Source: a virus
Virus record (IMG/VR): IMGVR_UViG_3300029310_000398
Coordinates: 32,001 to 96,000 of that record
DNA length: 64,000 nucleotides
Direction: 5' to 3' (one strand)
Shown here piece after piece: positions 1-8,247 of the stretch (positions are counted from its first letter, which is position 1; each line of letters begins with the position of its first letter). The position numbers and the translations under genes are program-made. The notes beneath the pieces are model-generated. The model saw nothing but the letters and a program-made list of their open reading frames with translations. It was not told the DNA's origin and did not search any database.

Positions 1-2
1 AG

Positions 3-194
3 AAAATCACGAAGATGACGCGAATCGAAGCTACGGTACTTGGCAGCCTGATGCCAATTTCCAAAGCGGAGATATGCGCCATTCATCCTGATGTCAGCCC
101 GTCCACCGTGGAGGCTGTGCTTGGACGCATGGTGAAGGAAGGGAGCATTAAACGTATCGGAATGTCCAAGAAGGCACGATATGTAAGAGCCTGA
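3..194 (+). CDS. C-terminal fragment of a winged-helix DNA-binding protein (ORF open at the left edge)
   Basis: Frame 3 is open from base 3 to TGA at 192-194. The translation ...MTRIEATVLGSLMPISKAEICAIHPDVSPSTVEAVLGRMVKEGSIKRIGMSKKARYVRA has a helix-turn-helix plus wing pattern. It is absent from the ORF track because it is truncated or short. Confidence 0.4.
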   Translation, partial: KITKMTRIEATVLGSLMPISKAEICAIHPDVSPSTVEAVLGRMVKEGSIKRIGMSKKARYVRA

Positions 195-229
195 TTAAAG
201 TCTATTAAGACAAGAAAGGAGAAAGCACA

Positions 230-439
230 ATGACAGCCAAGCTGAAAAGTGATGCGCTGAGAGTTGTCAAGAGACTCCGCTGCTACGGCACGGACGCTGA
301 AGACAACTTCGGCTGTGGCGATAAGCGGTGCAAGTACCGAGATGTGGACGGTGCCTGCAACATTAACAGCCTTGAAGCTGATGCTGCCGAAGTGATAGAG
401 AAATTGTTGAAGGAGGTTGAAAAGTTTGAACATCGCTGA
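230..439 (+). CDS. small Cys-rich hypothetical protein (69 aa)
   Basis: ATG is preceded by AAAGGAGAAAG. Plausible composition (CYG..CGDKRC..C). It overlaps the start of the next gene, suggesting translational coupling. Confidence 0.55.
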   Translation: MTAKLKSDALRVVKRLRCYGTDAEDNFGCGDKRCKYRDVDGACNINSLEADAAEVIEKLLKEVEKFEHR

Positions 440-1790
440 TGTGGTGATGAAATCCCGCAATGTCGAATCGTTCAGCAACCTCCTCCCTGCTGCGTCTGTC
501 ACATCAGAGAAAGCAAAGGCGATTGCCAGTCGGAACGGCTATATGGCGCTCTATACAGCCGATGAACTGCGGAAGAAGTTTCATCTGACCGACGACATCA
601 TTGAGAACCTCTACTATGGCTGCGGCTTCACCCCGTTCTATTACTGGGATAAGGATAAGGTCATATTCCCCTGCCACAGTCTCACAATGGCAGCCGACGG
701 CGAGGATAAAACACCTGAAATCCGAGGGGCTGTTGAGCAACTGAAGGAGAAAATTGCTTCAGGCAACTGTAGTTTCATCATCACGGCACTCAACGACCGG
801 ATGCGGATAGAGTATCTGAAGAAGCTCGTTGATGAGGGCTTTGATGGCGCGTACAAACTGTTCTATGATGTCTACCCTTTTTCCGATTACGGATGCTCCG
901 CACTTGGACGGGACGGCATACTGAAGCTCAAGAGCATGAAAACACCGGAACAGATTCAGGCAACGGAGAAGGGGCTCAAGAAGTATCCCGACACCCTGAC
1001 GGTCTACCGTGGCGCCGGCGATGAAAGCGCAAGTCTGGAGGAGGCATTCTCTTGGACGCTGGACCCTGCCGTGGCCGTGTTCTTCGCCACACGCTTCCCG
1101 TCTGACAATGCGAAGGTATTTCGGGCTACAGTCGAAAAAGCCTCTGTCATTGAGTATTTCGAAGGCGTGGAGGCTGAAATTATCGTATCTCCTGATGACA
1201 TCAAGGAGGTTGAAGACTTTCCCCTCTATGGTATCGACTGGCTCAATGAGGCCGTGGATGACGGCGCGATAGATGACTTCTGGCTCTATCAGAGGACTGC
1301 CGACTATGATGCCGTTCCGTTCCAAATGGCAAGCAAACTACACGGAAAGGCTCATGCTGGCCGTGTCCTGTTCATGTGTATGCTGCTGGCATATATGAAG
1401 GGTCTGGACTTGGAAGACAAGGAAATTCTGATTGAGGCTGCACTGTATCACGACACAGGCAGACGTAGCGATTCCGAGGATAATACCCACGGTGGCGAGA
1501 GTGCAAGGATGCTGCAGGAAGCATATCCTGATACGGACCCCATCACACTGTTTCTGATGGAGTATCACTGCCGTCCCGATAAGGAAGGCTATGAGTTCAT
1601 CGAGAAACATTGGTTGGATAAGCAAGATGCACTGCGCGTCAAAACCCTCTTTGATATTTTCAAAGACGCCGATGGTCTTGACCGCGTGCGGCTCGGTAAT
1701 TATGAGTTGGATATGTTCCAGCTTCGTACCGAAGAAGCTCGCAAGCTGCCGCAAATCGCAAAAATAACTGAAGACCAACTGAAATTCTAA
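417..1790 (+). CDS. HD-domain phosphohydrolase fusion protein with a possible ADP-ribosyltransferase-like central region
   Basis: 457-aa ORF. The C-terminal half carries HD signatures (HGKAHAGRV...AALYHDTGR...HGGESA...DADGLDRVR). The central part has YRG (R198), SWT (212-214) and EAE (252-254), which recall R-S-E ART motifs. The start is uncertain: TTG 417 abuts AGGAGG, so in-frame TTG 426 or ATG 447 are alternatives. A hairpin terminator follows. Confidence 0.75.
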   Translation: MKSLNIADVVMKSRNVESFSNLLPAASVTSEKAKAIASRNGYMALYTADELRKKFHLTDDIIENLYYGCGFTPFYYWDKDKVIFPCHSLTMAADGEDKTPEIRGAVEQLKEKIASGNCSFIITALNDRMRIEYLKKLVDEGFDGAYKLFYDVYPFSDYGCSALGRDGILKLKSMKTPEQIQATEKGLKKYPDTLTVYRGAGDESASLEEAFSWTLDPAVAVFFATRFPSDNAKVFRATVEKASVIEYFEGVEAEIIVSPDDIKEVEDFPLYGIDWLNEAVDDGAIDDFWLYQRTADYDAVPFQMASKLHGKAHAGRVLFMCMLLAYMKGLDLEDKEILIEAALYHDTGRRSDSEDNTHGGESARMLQEAYPDTDPITLFLMEYHCRPDKEGYEFIEKHWLDKQDALRVKTLFDIFKDADGLDRVRLGNYELDMFQLRTEEARKLPQIAKITEDQLKF

Positions 1791-1797
1791 ACTGAAA

Positions 1798-1826
1798 GCA
1801 CCTCTCGAAAGAGAGGTGCTTTTTTT
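1798..1826 (+). terminator. intrinsic terminator after the HD-domain gene
   Basis: GCACCTCTC-GAAA-GAGAGGTGC followed by TTTTTTT, 8 nt after the stop codon. Confidence 0.85.
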
Positions 1827-2042
1827 GTTATGTTACTTTCAAGTTGCAACTAACTTGCGACCAAAATACGCAAATACGCAAAGTCGCAACTGGATTTAAC
1901 TAATTGATTTGCAAACTATAGTTTGCACTTAGCTTTCGGTGTTTGTAAATTGCAGAGGTGTGCGGGAAATGAAAATATATGGCATATTGTGGTGAGAACC
2001 AGCGGGAACACAATATGTTGTGGAAAACTGTGTGGAAGAAGT

Positions 2043-2073
2043 GGAAAAGCGGCCCTACCAGATGCAGAGCCGC
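2043..2073 (-). terminator. possible terminator of the minus-strand operon 5393->2080
   Basis: GCGGC...GCCGC hairpin followed by TTTTCC on the minus strand, just past the stop at 2080. The stem is weak. Confidence 0.35.
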
Positions 2074-2079
2074 CTTTGC

Positions 2080-2283
2080 TTATTTTTTGGTTGTGGCGCC
2101 GACGGGGTCGATAAATCGCGTCGCCCACTCCTCCTTGCCGCAGCGAGGACAAGGGCGGTGCCAGTCATACATGAGGTGCCCGTCCACATCCACCTTGTCG
2201 GTCAGCGGAGCTACCTGTCCACAGGCAGTACAGAAGACGATGTAGCGGCGGTCTGCGCCTGCACGCTGCTTGCCGGCGGCCAT
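2080..2283 (-). CDS. small zinc-ribbon protein (67 aa)
   Basis: Two CxxC pairs (CTAC ... CPRC). The start overlaps the stop of the upstream gene (ATGA-type coupling at 2283). Confidence 0.6.
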   Translation of the reverse strand: MAAGKQRAGADRRYIVFCTACGQVAPLTDKVDVDGHLMYDWHRPCPRCGKEEWATRFIDPVGATTKK

Positions 2284-2555
2284 TAAGATGCCTCCTCAAC
2301 AGCGCTGACCAGCGGACGCTCATCCAATATACCGACAACTGTACGCAGAGGCTCAGAACCGCCAAAAGCAGCAACGATGTGCTTCAAAGCACTCTCAGGA
2401 ACGGAGAAGCTGTCCGAGGCACAGATGCCAACGGTCTTACCCTTCTTTGTGTCCACTGTCACGAAATCTCCGGTATGGAGCGCACAACCGTCAGGGACGG
2501 AGAACAGGAAGGTCTGCGGGCATTTGGGGTGCTTGATGATGACGACATTGCTCAT
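2283..2555 (-). CDS. hypothetical protein (90 aa)
   Basis: Tightly packed in the operon, 3 nt after the upstream stop. Balanced amino-acid composition. Confidence 0.6.
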   Translation of the reverse strand: MSNVVIIKHPKCPQTFLFSVPDGCALHTGDFVTVDTKKGKTVGICASDSFSVPESALKHIVAAFGGSEPLRTVVGILDERPLVSAVEEAS

Positions 2556-2558
2556 AAT

Positions 2559-2777
2559 TTAATCCTCCTTATCCAATTCAACGCCGCAATGGATGCAGCG
2601 GTTCAATTTGATGGCACACTCAGGGCAAAGTGTGTCTGCAGGTGTGTTGGAACAGATAATGAACTTGCCGCATTCGAGACAATGGCTTTCAGAAAATGCG
2701 TGAAGAACGATGCGATTGAAGCATTTGGCGCAATGCTTGTATGTCAGCCGTGAGGTTACGGTAGTTGCAGCTTCCAT
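2559..2777 (-). CDS. Cys-rich zinc-finger protein (72 aa)
   Basis: Four CxxC pairs (CAKC, CLEC, CPEC, CIHC). It abuts the stop of the 725-aa gene. Confidence 0.65.
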   Translation of the reverse strand: MEAATTVTSRLTYKHCAKCFNRIVLHAFSESHCLECGKFIICSNTPADTLCPECAIKLNRCIHCGVELDKED

Positions 2778-4955
2778 TTAGGATACCTCCTTCTGGGTGA
2801 ACCAGCTCAAGAATTTCGATACGTTGCGGGAATGGAGACTATGGACATCCTCGGCGAGCTTCCACTCGGACAGGTCTACCATCCAAGAGGGGTGCTCCGC
2901 CGTAAAGCCGGGGCAAGCATGGTCGATGTGCTCTTTTTCGGATGCCTCGCGCTGGCGGATGTGCTGCAGAGCCACGTTCAGGTACTTGATACCATAGGCG
3001 TAATCCACGCACTTACCTCCGATAATCCATCCACCGAGGTTCTTGGTATTGATGGCGTAAGTCAGCCACTCGGAGTTCATAAAAGCGAGATTGATGTATT
3101 CGTCGCGGAATACCTCAAAATTGGAACGGGCGCGTTTCTTGCCCTCGTCATCATACCAACGGCGATTTATGGACTCGCCCTTCTCCACAGACACGAAGAA
3201 ATGCGGCTTAGTCTCCATGACAGTTTCAATGATTTCGGCGTCGTCGCCGAGATTACTGCCATCGCCATATGTGGCATAGCGAATGCCATTAAAGAGATAA
3301 TAGGTACGCTGCTCCGGTGCATCATACTCCACCAGATTGATGGGATAGATGGCGCAGTCAGAAACGGAACAGTCGTGGGTGCGGTTGCGGTCTCCCCTGC
3401 CACGGTCATTCCAGTAAGGCCTATACCTGTATTCTCTCTCCGGAGTCAAAGAAAGGACGGTCAAGATACTATCACCCTTCTTTGCATCAGGCTTGTTGCA
3501 TCGCTCCACGATGTCTACAAAGCTGCCGTATCGGTTGTCGGTCAACCAGCGGTCAGCCATGGAAAACACGACATACTCGGAGGATTTGGAGATTTTGACG
3601 CCAGCCGGAAGAGAAAGGATGTTGGAGCTATCCACCACGCCCTGCAGAATATTGAACAGAAAGATGCGGGATACCATCTCCACGACCATGCTGCGGGCCT
3701 GTGTACGCTCTTCCTTCACACGCTGTTTGCGCTGGTGCTCATCCTCCTGACCGATATATTCCGTATTCACACGGAAATCCTTGGGGTTCACATCCATGAT
3801 GAAATCGTCCGTTACATGAACTTCCTCAGGGTCAGTCCAGCCTATATAGACGTTCTCGCCATTACGAATGACAATACCGATGGTGTTACCGTGATAGATA
3901 TTGTAGCTGTCCAGCATATTGCTCCACGTCTCATGACCAAAGAAGTGCTTGCCAGTCTTGCTGAGGCGAACCAGCGCAACACACTTCTCGCTGGGAGCAA
4001 AGGTATCCAGCGCAACAGGAGACGCTGCGAGAAACTCCTCGAAATACTTCAGCTTGCTTTCTTTCATGTTGTAAATGGAAGCAAGACGCCCCATCTCTTC
4101 ATCGAGAAAACGGAGCTTCTGAAACAGGACGACCGGTTCCTTTTCCGGTGCGTTCCGTCCAGTGCGGATACGGGTAAAGTTGATTGTCTCACCCATGTAG
4201 CAGCGGATAGCATAAATCTGAGATTCCAACAGGTAAATCTGATTGTTCATCATTTCTACCTGTTCCTCCAGAGCCTCGCGTTTGGCGGACAGCTCTGCCA
4301 TCAGTTTGTCCTTTTTCTGCTCCAAGGCTGCCATGGCACGCTCGACCTCTTCCTTGAGGGCGCGAAGTTCTTCGCTGGTGCCATTTCTCGTTGCCTCAAT
4401 ATCGGCCTTGAGCGAGTTCAGCTCCGCCTCACGGTCGGACAGACCTTCACGTACTTGAGAGACAGAAAGAGCCTCAGGCACGGATGCCGGCAGCGTCGAT
4501 GAAGCTCCATGCGTTGCGAGGGCTCGCATCTCGCCCACGGACATTTCGGAATAGTCCTTGACCGGCACATACTCCGCCACCAGAGAGTCCGGCTGGTAGA
4601 GAAAGAATCTGCGGCTGCCGAGACCAACGACCATACCGATGCCCTTATAATTGCTATATACGTTGGCGGGCTGCTCATAGGTCTTGCAGTAGTCGATGAA
4701 CTCAGAAAGGTTCTTGAGATAGTCCTCAATGTGTTTCCGCCACCATCTCTCATTGGTGTCACTATCTCGTGAGAGACTGGACAGGTCCGTAAGCCCCAAA
4801 AAGAGCGTTGCATCGTCTCTGTCATTCTCTCTGATAATGCGAGTTTCTTCCTGTCGGGCCTTTTCAAAGCGCCATTCACGGCTTCTCGCTGCCCACTCAT
4901 TCTTGTACGCCTCGATGTCATTGAAGCGCACCGTCCCCAAAATGGTGTTCTTCAT
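2778..4955 (-). CDS. large coiled-coil protein of unknown function (725 aa)
   Basis: Long uninterrupted ORF. It has a heptad-like segment (EAELNSLKADIEATRNGTSEELRALKEEVERAMAALEQKKDKLMAELSAKREALEEQVEMMNNQIYLLESQ). I recognise no catalytic motif. Confidence 0.85.
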   Translation of the reverse strand: MKNTILGTVRFNDIEAYKNEWAARSREWRFEKARQEETRIIRENDRDDATLFLGLTDLSSLSRDSDTNERWWRKHIEDYLKNLSEFIDYCKTYEQPANVYSNYKGIGMVVGLGSRRFFLYQPDSLVAEYVPVKDYSEMSVGEMRALATHGASSTLPASVPEALSVSQVREGLSDREAELNSLKADIEATRNGTSEELRALKEEVERAMAALEQKKDKLMAELSAKREALEEQVEMMNNQIYLLESQIYAIRCYMGETINFTRIRTGRNAPEKEPVVLFQKLRFLDEEMGRLASIYNMKESKLKYFEEFLAASPVALDTFAPSEKCVALVRLSKTGKHFFGHETWSNMLDSYNIYHGNTIGIVIRNGENVYIGWTDPEEVHVTDDFIMDVNPKDFRVNTEYIGQEDEHQRKQRVKEERTQARSMVVEMVSRIFLFNILQGVVDSSNILSLPAGVKISKSSEYVVFSMADRWLTDNRYGSFVDIVERCNKPDAKKGDSILTVLSLTPEREYRYRPYWNDRGRGDRNRTHDCSVSDCAIYPINLVEYDAPEQRTYYLFNGIRYATYGDGSNLGDDAEIIETVMETKPHFFVSVEKGESINRRWYDDEGKKRARSNFEVFRDEYINLAFMNSEWLTYAINTKNLGGWIIGGKCVDYAYGIKYLNVALQHIRQREASEKEHIDHACPGFTAEHPSWMVDLSEWKLAEDVHSLHSRNVSKFLSWFTQKEVS

Positions 4956-4994
4956 TGTCCTTTCACCTCTTTTTTTGACTACCCTTTTTTGATT

Positions 4995-5393
4995 TTAAGT
5001 TTTGCAGTAGCGGATAAAGTCCTGCGCCGAGAACGGCAGGTTATCGTATCCGCAGTCCTTCAAATAACGGGAAACAACAGCAGAGCTCATACTGATACGT
5101 CCATCACCAGATGCCTTCATATGTTGCAAGCAGATGTCAGCATAACCATCTACCACATCAAGGTGCTCCAGACACCACTTCTCTACGCGGCGTTTGCGGG
5201 CCGCCAGAGACCGCTGTTCGGGATGCGGCATCTTCTTATAGGTGTACGCCTTTGCCGCCTTCTCGCGGCTCGTGTAGCCGAAACCTTGGGCATCATCCAG
5301 TACCGCACCGGTCTTGGGTTGTATGACAATGTAGCGCGGCTCATATTCTGAGGAAAGTTCCCGCGAATATACAACTTTGAAATAGTCTGCCAT
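4995..5393 (-). CDS. hypothetical protein (132 aa), first gene of the operon
   Basis: ATG is preceded by AGGTGA with a 7-nt spacer. The leader contains a copy of the repeated structured element and the palindrome. Confidence 0.65.
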   Translation of the reverse strand: MADYFKVVYSRELSSEYEPRYIVIQPKTGAVLDDAQGFGYTSREKAAKAYTYKKMPHPEQRSLAARKRRVEKWCLEHLDVVDGYADICLQHMKASGDGRISMSSAVVSRYLKDCGYDNLPFSAQDFIRYCKT

Positions 5394-5474
5394 TCATAAG
5401 TCACCTGCCATTCCACCGATTTTTGTACGCTTGCTCATGTTCGGATATTCAACCTTTTGTGCGCTTTGTATGGC

Positions 5475-5540
5475 AAGTTCCTGCTTCTACGACGGAGTTC
5501 GTCTCCGCAGGCGTTAATTCCGGTTGTACCATCCGTACTT
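5475..5540 (-). repeat. structured element, copy A1 (core module only)
   Basis: Minus strand reads AAGTACGGATGGTACAACCGGAATTAACGCCTGCGGAGACGAACTCCGTCGTAGAAGCAGGAACTT. It aligns with copies at 5645-5814, 41733-41956 and 45092-45199. Confidence 0.7.
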
Positions 5541-5544
5541 CTTT

Positions 5545-5567
5545 ATGTGTGCAATCATTGCACACAT
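5545..5567. repeat. palindrome copy 1 (ATGTGTGCAATCATTGCACACAT)
   Basis: Perfect inverted repeat with the same GTGTGCAAT-S-ATTGCACAC core as six other copies. Confidence 0.85.
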
Positions 5568-5644
5568 TTTCCGAAATCCCTTTCTTACGAGGGATAACCA
5601 TGTTATTTTGGTGTCTTATACACCGGCCAATATGCACGCAGTTT

Positions 5645-5814
5645 GGTATACAATCCTGTTATTTCAGAGCCTCATACACCCGACACAGGCATATTCAGTT
5701 CCCTGAAGTGCTGGCACTACCTCTCACATGATTAACCAGCCAACAAAGTCTTCCTGTTTCACCGACGGACATCCATCTCCACAGGCGTAAATTCCGGTTA
5801 TACCGTCCGTACTC
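5645..5814 (-). repeat. structured element, copy A2 (full length), immediately 3' of tRNA-Ser
   Basis: About 85-90% identical to 41733-41956. It contains the core module, a GUGAGAGG-loop hairpin and a GAAAUAAC-loop hairpin. Confidence 0.75.
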
Positions 5815-5821
5815 GTTTTTG

Positions 5822-5909
5822 TGGCGGAGAGAGTGGGATTCGAACCCACGGATGCTTTCACATCGCCGGATTTCAAGACCGGTGCTTTCGACCACTCAGC
5901 CATCTCTCC
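5822..5909 (-). tRNA. tRNA-Ser (anticodon UGA)
   Basis: The minus strand reads GGAGAGATGGCTGAGTGGTCGAAAGCACCGGTCTTGAAATCCGGCGATGTGAAAGCATCCGTGGGTTCGAATCCCACTCTCTCCGCCA. It has a 7-bp acceptor stem, a CTTGAAA anticodon loop, a long variable arm, a GTGGG-TTCGAAT-CCCAC T arm and an encoded CCA. Confidence 0.9.
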
Positions 5910-5951
5910 GTATGACCCGCCGCAGGGAGTGCCTACGGCGGGATATTGTGT

Positions 5952-7388
5952 TTACTCAGCGTCGCCCGAAGAGGTAGCGGTAGACTCAACACTGGAAGTA
6001 GATGCGGGAACTGCGACCTTACCACCGACAAAGCCGGCCAGCAGGCTCCGCAGGTCGATACCCAGACCGTTCAGCATACCGTTGGAAACCTGAGTGGTAG
6101 AAGAAACGATGTCCTCAATCAGCTTTGTGCTGTTACCCTCGCCGTACATGGTGATGGAGTCCACGTTGGAGAGAGGTGCAGCCACGTTCTTGGCGATTTC
6201 GGGCAGTGCGTTCATAATCATCTCGACCACTGCGGCCTCACCATACTTCTTCATGGCCTCAGCCTTACGGTCGATACCCTCCGCTTCGGCCAGAGCCTTG
6301 GCCTTGATAGTCTCGGCTTCTGCGGCACCAACGGCCTTGATACCTTCGGCAATCTGCTCCTGCTCAAAGCGCTTGGCCTCGGCTTCCTGTTTACGGGCGT
6401 ACAGCTCTGCTTCGGCCTTCTTTTCGGCAGCATACTTATCAGCATCCGCCTTCTTGCGGATATCGGCATCAAGCCGACGCTCCTGCAGCGTGATTTCACG
6501 CTCGGCCAGTTCTGCTTCCTTTTCACGCTTCGCAATATCGGCATCGGTAGAAGCAATATCAAGGCTCCGGCGCTGCTTCTGTTCCTCAATTCTATAGGCA
6601 GCATCGGCGGCAGCCTTCTTGATGTCGGAGGTCTCCTTCAGCTCGGCCTGCTTCACAGCCAGCTCGGTCTGCCGAATAGAAATCTGCGTATCGGATGCGA
6701 CCTGAGCCTCGTTCGCCTGACGCGCTGCTTCCGCCTGAGCAATCTGGATATCGCGCTCCGCTTCAGCCTTGGCGATAGAAGCATTTTTCTGGATTTGACT
6801 CATATTATCCTGACCCAGAGCATTGATGAGGCCCTTCTCGTCAGTCACACGCTGGATGTTGCAGGAGATAATCTCGATACCCAACGCATTCATGTCAACC
6901 TGCGCCTTTGACTGGATTTCATCACCGAATTTCTTGCGGTCATTGCAGATTTCCTTGAGCGTTATAGTACCGATAATCTCTCTCATGTTTCCCTGAAGAG
7001 AGTCCGAAATCGCTTGCTCGAAACCACGGGCATCAGTGATGTTTAGGAAGTTCCGCATAGCCAGCTTGATGCCCTCATCATCAGTCCGGACACGGACCTT
7101 GGCGACAGCATCCACGTCAACACCGATAAAGTCCAGTGTGGGGATGTAGCCATCGGATTTGATGTCCACGGAAATCTGACGGACAATCAGCTTATCGACA
7201 CGCTCCAGAAACGGAACGCGGACACCGGCACGGCCAATGAGAATTTTGGGCTTCTTACGAAGACCAGAGATAATATACGCCATATCGGGCGGCGCCTTGA
7301 TGTACCCCAAAATACAGATGATGAGGACCGCAATCACAATAATTGCGGGGACGAGAACAGCTTTGTTCCCAAAAATCAGGTCAAACAT
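5952..7388 (-). CDS. floT: flotillin-like SPFH/band-7 membrane protein
   Basis: N-terminal TM helix, an SPFH region and a long A/E/K-rich repeat segment (AKAEAERDIQIAQAEAARQANEAQ...), typical of bacterial flotillins of the YuaG/FloT type. Confidence 0.85.
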   Translation of the reverse strand: MFDLIFGNKAVLVPAIIVIAVLIICILGYIKAPPDMAYIISGLRKKPKILIGRAGVRVPFLERVDKLIVRQISVDIKSDGYIPTLDFIGVDVDAVAKVRVRTDDEGIKLAMRNFLNITDARGFEQAISDSLQGNMREIIGTITLKEICNDRKKFGDEIQSKAQVDMNALGIEIISCNIQRVTDEKGLINALGQDNMSQIQKNASIAKAEAERDIQIAQAEAARQANEAQVASDTQISIRQTELAVKQAELKETSDIKKAAADAAYRIEEQKQRRSLDIASTDADIAKREKEAELAEREITLQERRLDADIRKKADADKYAAEKKAEAELYARKQEAEAKRFEQEQIAEGIKAVGAAEAETIKAKALAEAEGIDRKAEAMKKYGEAAVVEMIMNALPEIAKNVAAPLSNVDSITMYGEGNSTKLIEDIVSSTTQVSNGMLNGLGIDLRSLLAGFVGGKVAVPASTSSVESTATSSGDAE

Positions 7389-7414
7389 AGTTCTTTCTCC
7401 TTTGTTCTATTTTT

Positions 7415-8203
7415 TTAATTAGCGGAGTATTCCGCGTCCGCCCAGTTTAGGCCGGTGCCGTAATCAATCTTGACACCGGGCTGCACATTATAGCAAAACA
7501 CACAGAACTCAATGGTATCATCTTCCACAGAAAGGGCTTCCATCAAGACACCGTTCGCTACAAGGTTGTCGCCTTCAAAAACGGGAGTCACACGATACAG
7601 AACGTGGTTGTTTGTTTCGTGAACATAATCAGCAATCTCGTTCTCAAACGGCAGCATACCAGTTACATTGAGGTAGCGGGTTCCGGTGATGAGGTTCTTG
7701 ACGTTGGCATTCTCGCCGGTGAGCTGATAGCCCAGAAGGTGACAGCGATTGTAGAGGTACTTGCCATCCACGCAGTCGTATTTGTTCAGGTGCCAGCCTG
7801 ACGGCTTCACTGAACCGATAGACCCGCGCTCCTCCGTAGGCATCAGCTCTTGGCACACATTTGCGTAGGCCGGCCCGCAGCGTCCGAGGTCATCCAAGTC
7901 GGTGAACAGCTCGAAAGGCTCGGTGGTGATGTCGTCCTCGGTGAAGTACGGCACATTACCATTCACGACGGTATACGGCTCTCCGCTGAATGACTCTATG
8001 TCGTCCAGCGAGAACTCCGTCGAATACCCTGTCTGGATACTCTCCTGCGTATCGCTATACGGAGGGTTGGTGTCGGGAGTGGAGGTGTTCGTAAGCTGAG
8101 GAATCAGCTTCGCACCATAGAACACCGCGATTGCTACCAAGAAGGCAAGCAAACCGCGAACGACATTCATATTTGTCTGTTTCTTCTTCGGTTTCTTAGC
8201 CAT
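7415..8203 (-). CDS. secreted DNA/RNA non-specific endonuclease (EndA/DNA-entry nuclease type)
   Basis: N-terminal membrane anchor or signal, then the nuclease core (SIGSVKPSGWH...YNRCHLLGYQLTGENANVKNLITGTRYLN..MLPFE). Confidence 0.8.
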   Translation of the reverse strand: MAKKPKKKQTNMNVVRGLLAFLVAIAVFYGAKLIPQLTNTSTPDTNPPYSDTQESIQTGYSTEFSLDDIESFSGEPYTVVNGNVPYFTEDDITTEPFELFTDLDDLGRCGPAYANVCQELMPTEERGSIGSVKPSGWHLNKYDCVDGKYLYNRCHLLGYQLTGENANVKNLITGTRYLNVTGMLPFENEIADYVHETNNHVLYRVTPVFEGDNLVANGVLMEALSVEDDTIEFCVFCYNVQPGVKIDYGTGLNWADAEYSAN

Positions 8204-8247
8204 GATGCCAAAAATTTCCTTTCTTAAAAGATTGTTTTTACAGTTTG

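Noticed and set aside
83-502. 139-aa minus-strand ORF at the left edge
   Set aside because: It overlaps three plus-strand ORFs that have RBSs and coupling, it has no RBS of its own, and its sequence is unremarkable.
2832-4502. 556-aa plus-strand ORF opposite the 725-aa gene
   Set aside because: The minus-strand ORF is longer, is translationally coupled to its neighbours and has a convincing coiled coil. The plus-strand ORF has no RBS and a skewed composition.
5423-5731. Conserved peptide ...FGIQxCYFRAxYTRHRHIQFPxxLAxPLT, shared by ORFs 5423-5731 and 41653-41874
   Set aside because: The similarity is explained by nucleotide identity of the repeated element. Differences between copies are mostly non-synonymous, there is no RBS, and the compensatory changes fit RNA helices on the opposite strand.
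5946-6911. 321-aa and 167-aa plus-strand ORFs opposite the flotillin gene
   Set aside because: These are mirror ORFs of the A/E/K-rich flotillin repeat region. The flotillin assignment on the minus strand is unambiguous.
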